Shown: positions 34,141-47,520 of the stretch, piece by piece
Layout of the letters: every line of letters begins with the position of its first letter
Numbering within the stretch: position 1 is the first letter of the stretch
Assembly: GCA_000004985.1 (NCBI GenBank)
Contig: GG738861.1
Reading direction: 5' to 3' (one strand)
Origin: Naegleria gruberi
Lineage: Eukaryota
Length of the DNA stretch: 64,000 bases
The notes under the pieces: model-generated
Told to the model about the DNA's origin: nothing
Database searches by the model: none
The model's input: only the letters and a program-made list of their open reading frames with translations
Program-made: the position numbers and the translations under genes

Positions 34141-36277
34141 CTATTTAAAATTCTTCCAAAATCTGTCTCCATAAGAGAAGAGTAATTCTGAATGAATATC
34201 AATATCTTTCAATGCATAAATCCCAATCCTGTAATCATGTGAATTGGTGTCATACACAATTTTGGGGATGCAATTATTGGTTTTTGAAGTTCTAACCTTT
34301 CCTTGTGCATCATTGAGGAATCTTGATTCATTTCCTTTTCTAAACGCGTCCACACTCATATTTTCATTCAGTTCGAACAAATAACTCGATTCATACATGT
34401 CATAGATTACTGATCTTCTATTCTCTTCCAATATGGATACAATCTCACCAACATACTCCACTATCAGCTCGTCCTTTTTAATAGGCTCCAGAGAGAATAA
34501 ACCTAAACCATGCAGCTGACTGAATCCTACTGCACACCGTTTCATAAAGTGTTTAGAAAAACTATTCTGGCAACTATTCTTACAGTCACAATATCCAAAA
34601 CACGATCTCTGATACTTTTTACATGTACACTTAGCCCCTGCACAGTTGTGATTTTTGAATCTATTCTTTTCTGTAAAGCAATTACACAACTCTGTACAAA
34701 AGGTTCCATTCTTTACACAATTACATTCTGAAACGTTCATTATTGCACACTGACACGGGTTATAGAGCATTGGTTTGTGAAGATTGGGAAAGATAACCTT
34801 CTCAGGGTTGATTTTCTTAACAATTTGAGTTTCTAACATATCCAACTCTTCGGGCGTTAAGAATGATTTTGCCACACCTCTCATAATGGCCAACTCTTCT
34901 ACCTTGTTCTTGGGTGGAGATTTCCTTCTTGCCATTCTAATTTTGAAATTAAAGAACCAATCACAGATGAATTTCTTAATTTCTCTGCATGGACGAATGT
35001 GATGTTCTGCCATCTGACAAAAGACATCTCTATTGGAACACTTTGAATTGTTCATATTTTCCAAAAATCGTTCTCCATAGATAAAAACAGTATTAAGGGC
35101 AATTTCCTTATCATATTTCGTCCAATGGTCGTATGAATCTGATATTGATTCATCCTCAACACAATGCAGATAGCACTCTGATGAGCATGGTTTAAGAGAG
35201 TATTTTTTGTTGACAAGCAATGAGTTTTGAGTTTTGAATAGCTTTTCTAAAATAGAGCCAATAGATAATTCATTATTATATTCAGGGGTGGCTCTAGCAT
35301 CTTCTGGATCTCTAATGCATGTATCATACTCCACTCTGTGAATAGCACAATCAAATTTCATGCACTTGTAACAAAATAGCTTGGCTGTAATACTCCATAT
35401 CGATTCTAGTGATCCATTCCTATAAAATTCCCACAATAAATAATAATAATAATATGATGGATAAACTCTCAATAATTCACGTGTTAACCTACTTTGATTG
35501 AGATTTTTGCTCATTTTCCCTCTTGAAAATTGAATAGCTCGATAATTGTTCCTGGAACAGTTCCATAATTTTCAGTCTAAACTTTTTCCTATCATATTGT
35601 AAGTGTTCCTCTGCCATGACAAATAGTTCTTGATTCTCATTTTCATACTCCCTCATAAAATCCTCAGCCAGTAATTTTAACACTTCATCATTTTCACCAT
35701 ATTTTTCACTAATTCTTTCTACCATTGTTCGGTAAATAGTTTCGGCCCACAAATCCAAATAATATTTCATAAACTTGGAATATCCACTCTTTTTTGCAGA
35801 ATTATTTCCATTTTCTATAAAACTCAAATCATCAAAGTATTTCGAATATGATTGATAATCCACACAAAAATCATCATCCTTATATGGAATAAAGTCAACT
35901 GAAGCCTGTTCCTTTGCCATCTTATTCTTACACAAATATTCATAGTAGGTGTATTGTAATTGAAACATGCTATCAGGATACTCAGTTACTGATTTGTTTC
36001 TTCCTCTAGTTTTTGTTTTTAAAGTGATGGAAACTTGTTCCATTCCCTCTTTCTGTTCTTTCAATTGTTGAGAGTGCATATTTAGACTCTTTTGGAAAAT
36101 GGCCAAGTCTTTCATTCTGTGTTCCGTTTTGAATACATCGATATCCTCCTCTACTTGTTCCGAATCAATTTTGTGATGAGTTCTCTCTCGTTTACCTGAT
36201 GACGATGATATCTGGTTGTGGTGATGATTTTCCTGATGATGCATGCCGTCATAGTGATGGTGTGGAAGTAGATGCAT
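34141..36277 (-). CDS. Histone-lysine N-methyltransferase of the E(z)/EZH family (CXC pre-SET + SET domain); 2+ exons (35489-36277 N-terminal, 34141-35514 C-terminal)
   Basis: CXC-type Cys cluster CNCFTEKNRFKNHNCAGAKCTCKKYQRSCFGYCDCKNSCQNSF; SET domain GLGLFSLEPIKKDELIVEYVGEIV...RKGNESRFLNDA...NCIPKIVYDTNSHDYRIGIYALKDIDIHSELLFSYG matching EZH2 SET (RKGNKIRFANHS...GDHRIGIFAKRAI..EELFFDY). Confidence 0.75.
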
Positions 36278-36366
36278 TTTTTTGAATGATATTTAAAATG
36301 TTATTTATTACTACATAATTTTGTAACAATAGCATACTGATTGTTAACTATAAAGTATCTATTGAA

Positions 36367-38921
36367 TTATTGAGAATTTCCAATTAATTGATCAATGATA
36401 AAGGCATATCTGAAAGCAATTTCCTTATAACGACTGTATCTTCCTGAGCTACCTCCGTGACCTTGATCCATATTTGTCTTCATTAAAATCAAGTTGGTTT
36501 TTTGATTATTCTTCTTTGTAGCAAAGAAATGACGCATACTAGCAACATATTTAGCACCTTCCCAGTAATTAACTCTGGTATCATTGAAAGCGTGGTCAAT
36601 TAAAATGGCTGGATATTGTTTATCTACATTCTCATCTCTATCAATATTGTCGTATGGTGAATAAGAGTACATATAGTCAAAATAGGTCTTATCTTTTGGA
36701 TTACCCCACTCATCAAACTCAGTAACTGTGAGTGGAAGTGTCTCGTCCAACATGGTATTGATAACATCAACGAAAGGTACTTGCAAAATGGCAGCCTTAA
36801 ATAAATCAGGTCTTTCGTTTACAACAGCACCAATTAAAAGTCCACCTAATTATTATTATTTAAAAATTATCTCAATAAGAAATTATGATAAAAACTAACC
36901 TGCAGAACCTCCATAAATACACATACGATCCTTGTTAGTGTAGCCACTTTCAATCAAATGGGAAGCACTATCGATAAAATCAAAGAAAGTATTCTTCTTA
37001 TTCAATAATTTACCATCCTTATACCTAATATGGAAATAATAAAATAAATTAAAATAAAAAATAAAATAAAAATAATTACCATTTTCTTCCATTTTCAGCA
37101 CCTCCTCTAATAGCTGGAATAGCATAAATCATTCCTCTGTCGAGGAGACTGATAACAGAATAGGAGAAGTAAGCGTCCATACAACTATTTCCAATAGAGT
37201 TGAAATTGTGATAACATTAATAAAAATATGATTACAAATGACATACCTTCCATAAGAACCATATGCATAGAGTAAGAGAGGATTGGTTCCATCCAAAACG
37301 ATTGATTCATCTCCTGCCTTCTTCTTGTAGACTAAGCTGATTGGGATTTCAGTTTTACCATCTCTTGACTTGGCCACGATCTTTTCTTGTTTGTATTGAT
37401 TTTTATCAAATCCACCAAGAACTTCATCTTGCTTCAAAACAATGAACTCATTATTTTCCATGTCATAGTCATAAACTGTTGGCGGAGTTAAGAAGGAGGA
37501 ATATTCAATTCTGACCAATGAGGTTTCATATTCTCTGTTGTGGCTGACACTCAAATCATAACTTGGCTCTGGGAATACAACTTCCTATTTGTTGAATGAA
37601 TTCGAATGAGAACGCGAATCGAAAAGAAACATACCTTTGGTGGAGACTGTTTAGAAGGATCTAAAATAACCAACTTTGGAACACCATCTGCTCTACCAAA
37701 CAAGGCAATCTTGCTGGAGAATGAAATGAGATATTCACAATAGAATTTTTCATTGTATGGAACGAAATCCTCAGCACTGTCAAAGTCTGGATTTGAAATA
37801 GGAGTTCTGACAACTTTGAAATTTACATTTTCACCTTCATTGTGAATAATATAAAAGTAATCACCTTGATGTGAGACTGAAAATTCAACACCCTCTCTTC
37901 TAGGTCTATTACCAAATAATTTGAAAGTTCCAGTCTTTAAATCCTCACTCTTCAAATAGTGATACTCTGATGTAATATTTGAAGAAGATTCAATGAATAA
38001 ATATTGACCTGAAAGACTCTTTCTCACAGACACAAAATACTTTTCATCTTCATCAGTGAAGAGAAGTTCACAATTATCAACGAGAATTTCCTCACATTGT
38101 GATCTCTCATCTACAAGAGTATCAATATCAATATTAGCTCTATAAACCCTGTATGGTCTGTGTGTATGATCATAAGTTGTAAAGACAATGGTTTTAGAAT
38201 CAGAGCTGAATTCCAAAGAACGCCCACTTTTTTGAGATCTATCAATCTTATTTTTCAATAATTTTCCACATCTCAAATCCTTAATATACAAGTCATAATA
38301 TTCAGATCCATCGACATCAATAGAGTACGCTAAAAATTGTTCACATGGAGAAACCTTGAAAATGCCAATTGTCAAAAATGGGACTTTCAATTCCTCAACA
38401 AGTTGATTTTGATCTAACAAAATTTCTTCCTCTCCTCCAGCTGCTGGTTTTCTACAATAAATTGAGTATTGTTTTCCATCTTCAGTTTTGGAATAGTACA
38501 TGTAATTCTTATAACGATATGGAACACTTTCATCAGTTTGCTTAATTCTATTCTTAATTTCATTAAACAATACATCTTGAAGATTTTCAGTGTGATTCAT
38601 CTTTTGAGTGCAAAATTCATTCTCTGATTCCAAAAACTCTTTCACTTTCGGATTTGTTTTTTCTCTCAACCAAAAGTATGGATCATGCAATTCCAAACCA
38701 TGAATTGAAGTAGTACGATCAATTCTCTCAGCAATAACACTAGGATTCATCTTTTCTTTTTTTATGGTGGTGAAGTGATACAATTTGTTTGATCCCGTAT
38801 TAATTATCGTGTTGTTGTTCTTGTTGCTGGTCAATGATGATCTCCCTAACAAGGCAATGCAAAATTTTTTTCTTGTTATTTTAAGAATGGATTTGCGTGT
38901 TGTTGGGCAAATTGCTTTCAT
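36367..38921 (-). CDS. Prolyl oligopeptidase family serine peptidase (S9A; oligopeptidase B/prolyl endopeptidase-like), ~5 exons (37551-38921, 37129-37554, 36895-37125, ~36800-36890, 36367-36786)
   Basis: N-terminal beta-propeller region (DPYFWLRE...), catalytic Ser motif CIYGGSAGGLL read across 36895/36840 exons, C-terminal Asp/His region DQGHGGSSGRYSRYKEIAFRYAFIIDQL; introns GTAAGT/GTTAGT-type, 40-80 nt. Confidence 0.8.
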
Positions 38922-39118
38922 TTTTTCATTCCTTTATTCAAATCCATAGATGGTCATCTATGAAGAATATCATGATGGAAAAGATGATGGAGGTGGAAAG
39001 ATCGAGACACACTTATTGTCATCCAAGTCTAGATCTTCGTGGGTTTCATTATTATTTTTCATAATCATCATCAAGAAGATTTTATTGTGTCTCGGAGGAA
39101 GATTATCAACATCAAAAA

Positions 39119-40267
39119 ATGAAGAAACTCTTCTCGAGCATTATCAAACCACCATGTACTGTGGATATTGAGTTGGATCCTTCGGAGAAGTTTAAAAACG
39201 CCATCATTGAAATGAATAATCCAAAAGATAGATTTGGATTGGAAGGTGTTGAACAAAAGCTTATGGTTTTTGATAGAGACGATCCTATTCAAGGAAAGGT
39301 TAAAGTTACTGTAGATAAGCCTTTTGATCACTTGGGAATTACTATTGAATTAATTGGAGAAATTGGTATGTTTTTAAACTTGTTTGATGGAATTTAATTA
39401 TTTGATGAAATTTATTATAATTATTATAATAATATTAAAATGTGAATTATAATCTTATTATCAATGATGCTGATAACGCCATCAAACAACTCTAACACTT
39501 GATTGTAAATAGTTTCATTTGTTGAAGGAAAGAATGTAACTACTTTCCTTTCAATTTCAAAGGAGCTTGCTCCAGCAACAGCACCAAACATGAACTTGTC
39601 CCGAGATGCCGAATATGAATTTTGCTTTAAGAGTGTGGACAAGGAATGGGACAGTTATCGTGGAATTAATGTTGATGTGAGATATTTCTTGAGAGTAACA
39701 GTTAATAGATCCATGAAAGTTATCAATACAATTGTGAAGGAACTCGAATTCTGGGTTCAAAAGATTGTGGAAAAACCAAGTAATGAAGATCCAGGTATTG
39801 GAATGGAAGTTGGTTTGGAAGGTATTGTCCTGTTAAGTATCAAATATCATAGTGTTTATCATGATCTTAAGAATGGGTGTATTTTGGGAGAATTACAATT
39901 CTTCTTGGTCAATGTTAAAATTGACAAGGCAGAAGTTAGTATCATCAGAAAGGAAACACTAATTGGTACACCAAGCTTGCAAGGAACAACACCACAAACT
40001 ACCACAAATAACGGATTAGTTGAAGGGCATTCGGAACAAGAAGTTCTTCACAAATTTGAAATTATTGATGGCACTCCAGCTAAAGATGAAAAGGTTCCAG
40101 TCAGACTTTTCCTTAAAGCTGTTGATCCATGGAAGATGACAAGTACATGTGAAAATGTCAACAACAAATTCAATGTTAAATATTTCATTCACTTGGCATT
40201 GTGTGACACCAAGGGAAGAAGATTCTTCAAACAACGAGAAATTGTACTCTATCGTAGTGGTATTTAA
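39119..40267 (+). CDS. VPS26: Vacuolar protein sorting-associated protein 26 (retromer subunit), 2 exons (39119-~39366, ~39503-40267)
   Basis: Exon1 ...DDPIQGKVKVTVDKPFDHLGITIELIGEIG then GTATGT intron; exon2 ...EYEFCFKSVDKEWDSYRGINVDVRYFLRVTVNRSMKVINTIVKELEF..., VPVRLFLKAVD, RFFKQREIVLYRSG closely parallels VPS26 (YESYTGQNVKLRYFLRATISRR..., IPIRLFLAGYE, RYFKQQEVVLWRKG). Confidence 0.85.
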
Positions 40268-40272
40268 TAAAT

Positions 40273-41155
40273 TTATTTCCAACTTAATCCTGAAATACCA
40301 TGTAGTTGAGTGTGTAAAGATTTGGTATTAGCCCATCCACTATTTACATAGTTCAAATCTTCATCTTCAGCTAACTTTTTGTGTTCTTCTTGCTTTTTGT
40401 AATAGTAGGCCATCAATCGTTTTTGGTCAGCTTCAGAGACTGGTTCTTCTCTTGGAGGAGCTCCAGCCCCCTTTCTTCCAATTTTTGCAATAATTTGAGT
40501 CTTGTCATTCCTGCCAATTGATTTAGTATCCATAAGTTTCTTATCTCTTGGTAACTCCTTTCCACAAAACCAAAGTGTGCAAGTTTCTGGATCATACATT
40601 TCCTTCTAATGATTTTCAGTATTTCAGTAAATAAAAATCAATTAAAACCATTCAATAATTTAAACTTACAACTCTGAATTCATCACTGAAAATAAATGTA
40701 AGAGGATCGGATTGAGGGAGACCCATTGGATAGGCCATTGTCACAACACCCTTCACGTTCATTATACAATCAGTTAATTCCTTTTCAGTGGTTGAATCCT
40801 TTTTATCAGCTCTCTCATGTGAAAGAACTCTATTGCATTCCTCAATTACATTATTTACAGTTGTCAACAAGTTTTGATCAGTGATTTTAACTCCGAATGA
40901 TGGTTCATCCTTTTTCTTTGTGTTTTCATCTTCATCCAAAGATAACTCCTCAATTTTTGGAGTGTCTTCCTCTTCTTGTGGTAAAATTGGACCCTTATCC
41001 TTCAATCTAATCAGTTCGGAAACCAAATTCTTCAGTTTCACTCTCAAATTATTCAATTTTGCCAAATCCCTTATAATTGTGTCCAATTCAATATCATAGT
41101 GAGCTTCATGCATAAACATGTCCTTCTCGGAATGCTTGACTTTAATGTATACCAT
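40273..41155 (-). CDS. CFAP298: Cilia- and flagella-associated protein 298 (Kurly/C21orf59 family), 2 exons (~40674-41155, 40273-~40611)
   Basis: MVYIKVKHSEKDMF..., MAYPMGLPQSDP (IVYPMGLPPYDP), then after GTAAGT intron KTQIIAKIGRKGAGAPPREEPVSEADQKRLMAYYYKKQEEHKKLAEDEDLNYVNSGWANTKSLHTQLHGISGLSWK vs human KTKIIAKIQQRGQGAPAREPIISSEEQKQLMLYYHRRQEELKRLEENDDDAYLNSPWAD... Confidence 0.8.
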
Positions 41156-41254
41156 CCTCTATTTCTCAAGTTGTGCTATTTTTTATTGTTATCTTAATTA
41201 TCAACAACATACAACACTTTCCGAAAACCAACATTCATACAACGTTCCGTAGCA

Positions 41255-41272
41255 AAAATTGGCGCCATTTTT
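41255..41272 (+). promoter_or_regulatory. E2F-like site AAAATTGGCGCCATTTTT ~105 bp upstream of CFAP298 start
   Basis: GGCGCC core flanked by A/T runs in AT-rich intergenic region between CFAP298 (5' end) and Kae1 (3' end). Confidence 0.3.
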
Positions 41273-41357
41273 CAATTTTGTAATGGTCCTCATTCATATT
41301 ATCCCATTTAAAACATATTAGAAATTGAGAAGCTATTATCATTGGAAAAGAATTGAT

Positions 41358-42470
41358 TTATTGTTGTGGATTAGTACGCCAAATAACATCAACTTCATCT
41401 GTTCTATATCTTTGAGTCACAGAACATTCTTTCAATGGATACAATTCGTATAAAAGTTTGGTATTTTCCAAAACAGCTTGAGCTCCACCATGTTCCTTAG
41501 CAATGGCATTGAAATGTAAAATACCTGCATAGGCAATCATGCAACCATTATCAATACAATATCTATCATCCATGGCATGAAGTATACCTCCAGTTCTTTC
41601 AGAAACCATTTGTTGCATCATTTGTTGTAAACGTTCATTACAACCAACTCCACCAACGATTAAGACATCATTTGAGTTACAGTGAGCCATGGCTCTTTCT
41701 GTAATTTCAACAAGCATGGCAAATATTGTTTCTTGAAGTGAAAAACACAAATCTTCAGCTGTACATTCACCCTTCTTTAACATTTCCAAACCAAATTTTT
41801 CCAGCCATGATAAAATTCCTGAAAAACTAACATCCATTCCCTTTACAACATATGGCAGTTCAATATATTTCAAATCTGATCCATCTTCATTCTTTTTACG
41901 AGCCAGTTGTTCAATATTATATCCTGGACTTGGATCATTTGATAAATTTATCAGACGAGCAAATCTATCCAAACAATTACCAACAGCAATATCAATAGTT
42001 TCTCCAAAAATTCTATATTTTCCCATACTATAAGCAATAACTTGAGTATTACCTCCACTAACATATAATACTATTGGATTATCAGCTTTACAAACAACTC
42101 TTCCCATTTCAATATGTCCAATACAGTGATTGACAGGAATGAGAGGCTTTTTCCAGAGTTGAGCCAAAGTTCTTGCTACTACAGCTACAACATGTAGACA
42201 AGCACCCATTCCAGGTCCTTTAGTATAACATAAACAATCAACATCATCCTTTGTTATGTTAGCTTCCTTCAAGGCATTTTCAACCATGGAGAGAATGTGT
42301 TCCTTGTGATGGATTGCTGTTTCTCTCGGTAAAAATCCTGTTCCTGGTGGTGTGATGTAGGTATGTCTCAGATTACTTAAAATCTCACCATCCAATGTTA
42401 CCACTCCGATAGCTAATTTATTGGCACTTCCTTCAAATCCGAGAGCAATGATTCGTTTATTGTCAGACAT
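41358..42470 (-). CDS. KAE1: tRNA N6-adenosine threonylcarbamoyltransferase Kae1/OSGEP (KEOPS catalytic subunit)
   Basis: [52 protein letters not shown] (metal-binding HxxH), [25 protein letters not shown]; single exon 370 aa. Confidence 0.9.
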   Translation of the reverse strand: MSDNKRIIALGFEGSANKLAIGVVTLDGEILSNLRHTYITPPGTGFLPRETAIHHKEHILSMVENALKEANITKDDVDCLCYTKGPGMGACLHVVAVVARTLAQLWKKPLIPVNHCIGHIEMGRVVCKADNPIVLYVSGGNTQVIAYSMGKYRIFGETIDIAVGNCLDRFARLINLSNDPSPGYNIEQLARKKNEDGSDLKYIELPYVVKGMDVSFSGILSWLEKFGLEMLKKGECTAEDLCFSLQETIFAMLVEITERAMAHCNSNDVLIVGGVGCNERLQQMMQQMVSERTGGILHAMDDRYCIDNGCMIAYAGILHFNAIAKEHGGAQAVLENTKLLYELYPLKECSVTQRYRTDEVDVIWRTNPQQ

Positions 42471-42586
42471 TTTTTAATAATATTTTAATTTAAAATAATT
42501 ATTGGATGATTTTAAAAATAGAGTTCTTAGATGTTTCAGAGCAGTGAGGTTTATTGATCTATTTCTTTAGATTATGAATTAAGAAA

Positions 42587-43747
42587 TTAATTCTTGTTAG
42601 TTGTTGGAAGAACAGGATTGCTTTCCAAGCTCATCTTGTATTTAACATAACTGTACCAAGCAACACCAACAAGTGTCAAAAAGACACCAAGCAAGTTCTT
42701 GGCTGAGATGGCAGATGTGAACAAAATAATACCACCAACAAAGACCAAGACTGTCTTGAAATAACCAACAACGTTGACAGAGAGTGGAGAAGTCTTACCA
42801 GCAACAAGGAAGAAACTGAAATTAACAAAGAAAGCAGTGATACAACTAGAAATAATCCAAAAAAGATTATTTCCATTTCCCCAATCATATTCAGAAATAA
42901 CTTCAGTATCATCAAAGAATGGAATTGTAAAGGCCAACATTACAGCACTAGTAATACTTTGATAGAGTAAAACTTGGAGAGAGTTTGCCTTCAATTCCTT
43001 TTGCTTTTCAGTACCATAAATTGTGTACAAGGAATTAGAGACGACAGCAAGAATTGCCATGAATGTTCCGTAGTAATTCATTTCCATATCTGTGAAAACT
43101 GTGATAAAAGTACCTAAACAAACAGGAATGAGAGTGTACAAAATTCTCTTATCTTGTGATTTTCTATAGAAGAAATATTCAATGGCAATAATTGTAGGAG
43201 TACACATAATTTTCATAACCTTTGGTTTTGCAATAATTTAGTTGCACATAATAAATCCGAATCATATCATCATTAATTATTATTATTTAAATATTATCAA
43301 AGTTCAAATCATCATATCACCACAATAATAATAATAATTATTTAATTCTATCACTCCACAACACAAAATTGTAAAACAAACCTGATAGAAGGAGACACTA
43401 TTATAGGCCAAACTAATATTATTGAAAACAACATAACCACAGAAAGCCAAACTGATTGGTAAAATCTTAATAATTGGAAGTCTCTTTGGTTGGAAAATAC
43501 CCAACATGGCTGCAACTGCAGTGAATCCGAAGCAAAATACAAAGTGGAACACTGTGAGAGTTGTTCCCAAACCAACAAAGCCTAGATTTTGGAACAAGTG
43601 CTTGTTGATAAAGATCGTACCAACAGATGCGGCAATATTAAGAGAGATCGATCCAATCACACTGGTCATTGTTGGTTCAGATGGTGAATCCACAGTTGCA
43701 TCACTCTGAACTGAATGTTTTTCCTCTGACGGATTGTTTCTGTTCAT
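42587..43747 (-). CDS. Nucleotide-sugar/triose-phosphate translocator family transporter (SLC35-like), 2 exons (43368-43747, 42587-~43221)
   Basis: ~10 TM helices; TPT-family features (FINKHLF, NISLAYNSVSFYQ|GT donor, ...KIMCTPTIIAIEYFFYRK, KTSPLSVNVVGYFKTVLVFVGGIILF). Confidence 0.7.
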
Positions 43748-43851
43748 TTTTTAATTTAATAAAGTTTCATCCAAACTTCAGTGCTTTGGATGACAACAAG
43801 GTACAGTATTTGATAGTTGTGGATGACAATATTTAATAGATTTGAGTTTAT

Positions 43852-46800
43852 TTAAAATAATTCAGAAGAAGAACCTTCAGTAATGTTGGTATGACACAGT
43901 GGACAATGTCTGTACTTGTAAATTTCATGCTCTACGGCTCTATGTTTACAGGTAGAACAAGTCCAGAAATCTTGATCTCCAATATTTCTACCACTCACAA
44001 TACAAGTATAGAATGGAGCATTGCAGGAGGCACATGACTGCTCGTAATCGAATGTTTCATTACTGCAGGTTGGACATGGTTTTGTTTCCAAATCTGTTGA
44101 GTTAACAGGGCTATCTCTGAAAATATCAATGGCCAATTGTTCATACTTTTCCTTATCGTGTTCTGATAAAGCATCCATTGATTCTAACTTGATGAAAGCT
44201 TTGGAGCAAACCTTGAATTCTCTAGCATAGAAACCTGCTAAAGCAAGGAGCGAGTACAATTCCTTTGGAACAAAGTATTCTTCATACGATGAAACCAGCC
44301 TCATTGTAGTATTCAAACAATCACTAAGTTTGAATTCGGTAAGTTGTTTTTGGGCAAGCAAGAAAAAGTGATAAGCCTCAGCTCCTCTCCATGGATTTTC
44401 AAAATTGGTAGAAGCATCATGAGAGAGCATGGTTTGAAGTGCCTTGTTTGGATTCATTCTTGTTGCTTGATCATTTAACAATCTGGCTCTATATCTATCA
44501 ATCTCCAAAGCTGAAAGAACATAGAATTTCTTTGCTCTCAGTGGATGTAATTTCATCTTTCCCTCTTCCTCACCAAGTTTGGCAAGAATCTTGGCTGACT
44601 CTGTATTTCTGTTAGCTTTTTGGTATAATTCGATTGCTGCTGTCATATCTCCTCTAGAAACTAGATGGTTGGCATACTTGTACAGAATATCTTCAATTTC
44701 ACTCATATTGTGCTTTTCAGCCAATGTAACAGCTTCATCCCATTGATTCAATTCAACACAAACGTCGATAGCTTGCTTGATCTTACCACCCTTGACGAGA
44801 GCTTGAATAGCTTGAGTACTCAAACCAACAGAAGCCAACTTTTCACCGATTGGATGTAAAAGTGGATTATTCTCTGGTAGGTCATCAACCATTCTTTCCA
44901 ATGACTCAAAGTCTCCAATCCTATAATAAGCTTCAATTAATTTTTCAAAGTTTCTTGCCTTAACATAAAATTGAATTGAACGTTCCCATTGTTGTCTCTC
45001 AGAATAGAAATCTCCCAAGTGATTAAACACATCAATCAACATTTCATCACTTCCATTCATTTCTCTGACAAGACTGAGAACTTTCTTCCAGTCCCCGTAT
45101 CTCTTTCTCAAATCGATGGCAAGATCCTTTCTATCGATGGAACGATAGATCTTTTCTGCTTCATCCAATCTGTGGAAGTATGCTTCTATTTCTGCCTTTT
45201 GCTTAGCTTCGTTATCCAATTGTTTGATTTGTTTTACAAAATATACACCATGGTAATCACCACATTGGATGTAAGCCTTGTAAGCCATATCCAATTCTAA
45301 TTCAGACATTGCTGCTTCTGCCAATAATCTCCACAATCTTGGGTGAGGATTATCTTTAACAAATTCGTTAGCATCCCTCAAGCTGACACTTCTGATAATT
45401 TCCTTTGTATCTCTCAACGAACGACTTTCATAAGTGATGGCACAGTCAGAATCTGGATTATCTGGATTTGCCATAATATCATCCATAAACACTGACTTAA
45501 TTTTAAGATTGTTGAAAGCACACATGTAAGCTGAGGTAACTACAGGTTCCTCAGGAGTTAAATCTCTGAATGTGTACATCTTGGTCTTTTCCATTATAGC
45601 AAATAATGATGGATTATCGTCAGCCCATCTCATATCCCAAACATCTTTCTTTTCCAAATCTGTTTTATCAGCCATGATATTACCCTTCTTTTTCTTCTTT
45701 TCGCTTTGTACCATTTGTTGGGCTGCAACAACAGAAGATAAACTGTAAACAGTGAAAGTACTGTTAATATCAATGAGTGACAATTTGGTGCAATCACAAT
45801 TGATAGCAATTTGGAGAGGTCTACACATGACAGAACATGATCCAAGATATGCCAAAGTTGGTAGAAGTGAATAAATATTCACAGTACCAGATTCTCTTGC
45901 AATAATAAGGAATTTCTCATTTGAAAATACAGCACAAATAGCGTCCTCGGTAGTAGTAAGTTCCAATTTTGTTTCATCTTCAATCTTTTTAAATTTGTTT
46001 TGATCAATGTGCATTAAATATTGTTCAGATTCTCCCTTAATATTCAATATGTTGCCTTGAGTATTTTGCTTTGCTCTATAATTCCAAACATAAACATTAC
46101 AATCAGAGCAAACAATTACGTGATACTTGGTCATGGTGACGAATTTTGGTTCAACAGATTGCGACTTTGTTTCCACTGGACTACCTATCGAGTTACAAAT
46201 AATTATGACGAATGCTTCCTTTGGTGTTTCTGTTTTGGTGAGCAAAACACAATTTTCTCCACAAGCACTCAAAGCTAATAATTTCTTAATGTACTTTACA
46301 TATTTTTGTCTAGTCTTGTGATTATAAAATACTACACATTGCTCTGGTCTTTCTAATTTGGTAAAGGCATATACTACAGTCTTTGAGAAATAGCCCCATC
46401 TATAACTTGGTCTGACATTGGCAAAGAAAATATTTGCATCTACACCTAGAGCCAATCTCAAACCAGATCCTTCCCAAGTTACACTCTTTACACCATTGCC
46501 AGGTACTTTGAGAGTCTTTAAATGTTTACCATAAGGGGAATAAAATTGAATGATACCCATTGGTTTTCCATCCAAGTCTTGTTGACCAGCAAGAGCTAAA
46601 ACAGTACCAGATGGATTCCATTTTGGTTCATTGATGAGCATACCAGCATCGATTAGGACTGGATCATCATCCAAGTCACCTCTCATCAATTGGCACCTTC
46701 CATTTCTATAACAAATTGCTAGTGTTGGAGCATTAAGATCTGGATAACCTTCTCTTCCATCATACCAGTCAACACCAGCCAAAATATTATTTGATTGAGG

Positions 46801-47520
46801 ATTCATATCTACACAAGTAATATTGATTGAATGCTAGAAGAGTAAGAAAATCTAGTGTAATTAAAATACTTACCAATTTGATTCCTGAATTGGCATCAAA
46901 TAACCAAACTTCTCCATTTCCAGTTCCGAAGAGCAAATATCTTGCATCGGGAGACCATTCAACATTAACCAATTGAGTTTTCAAACTCTTTCCCCAATTT
47001 CTATTTCCGTCCACTCCACCAACAATTACAGCACCTTTAAAAATTGTAAATATTTCAAAATCATTCGACAATTTCACTTACCATCATCGTAGACAATACA
47101 AATCTTTTGACCATCACTAGACCACTTTAAATCCTTCACCACTGATTTTTCTCTATTATTCAACATTTCCTCTTCCCATTCCTTCTTTTGCTTATTATAA
47201 TTCCAAACAATAATGAGACCACTAGCATCGCTAGAAGTTAATTTTTCATTTTCCTCATTCCAACTCACTCTCATTACATTGGATGGAAGCTGATCTTTAC
47301 TTTCCTTTCCGGAGTGGCCAGCAAGAGTTTGATTGAATTCTAAACTTGTTGGTGCTGTTACACCTCTTTGATTAATATCAGCCTTAGTTTCTAACTTTAA
47401 AACTTTTAATAAACCATTCTCACCTCCGCAAGCAATCCAACCATGATAGCCATTCCAAGATATGTGATTGAGCTTGAGCCCATTAGGTATGCTCACCTTC
47501 TTGTTCAAGTATACCCACAT
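43852..47520 (-). CDS. WDR35: Intraflagellar transport protein 121 (WDR35; IFT-A complex), 3 exons (~47081-47520, ~46863-47024, 43852-~46812)
   Basis: N-terminus [44 protein letters not shown] vs human WDR35 [44 protein letters not shown]; later [15 protein letters not shown] identical block, [11 protein letters not shown]-terminal Cys cluster; WD repeats then TPR-like helices. Confidence 0.9.
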
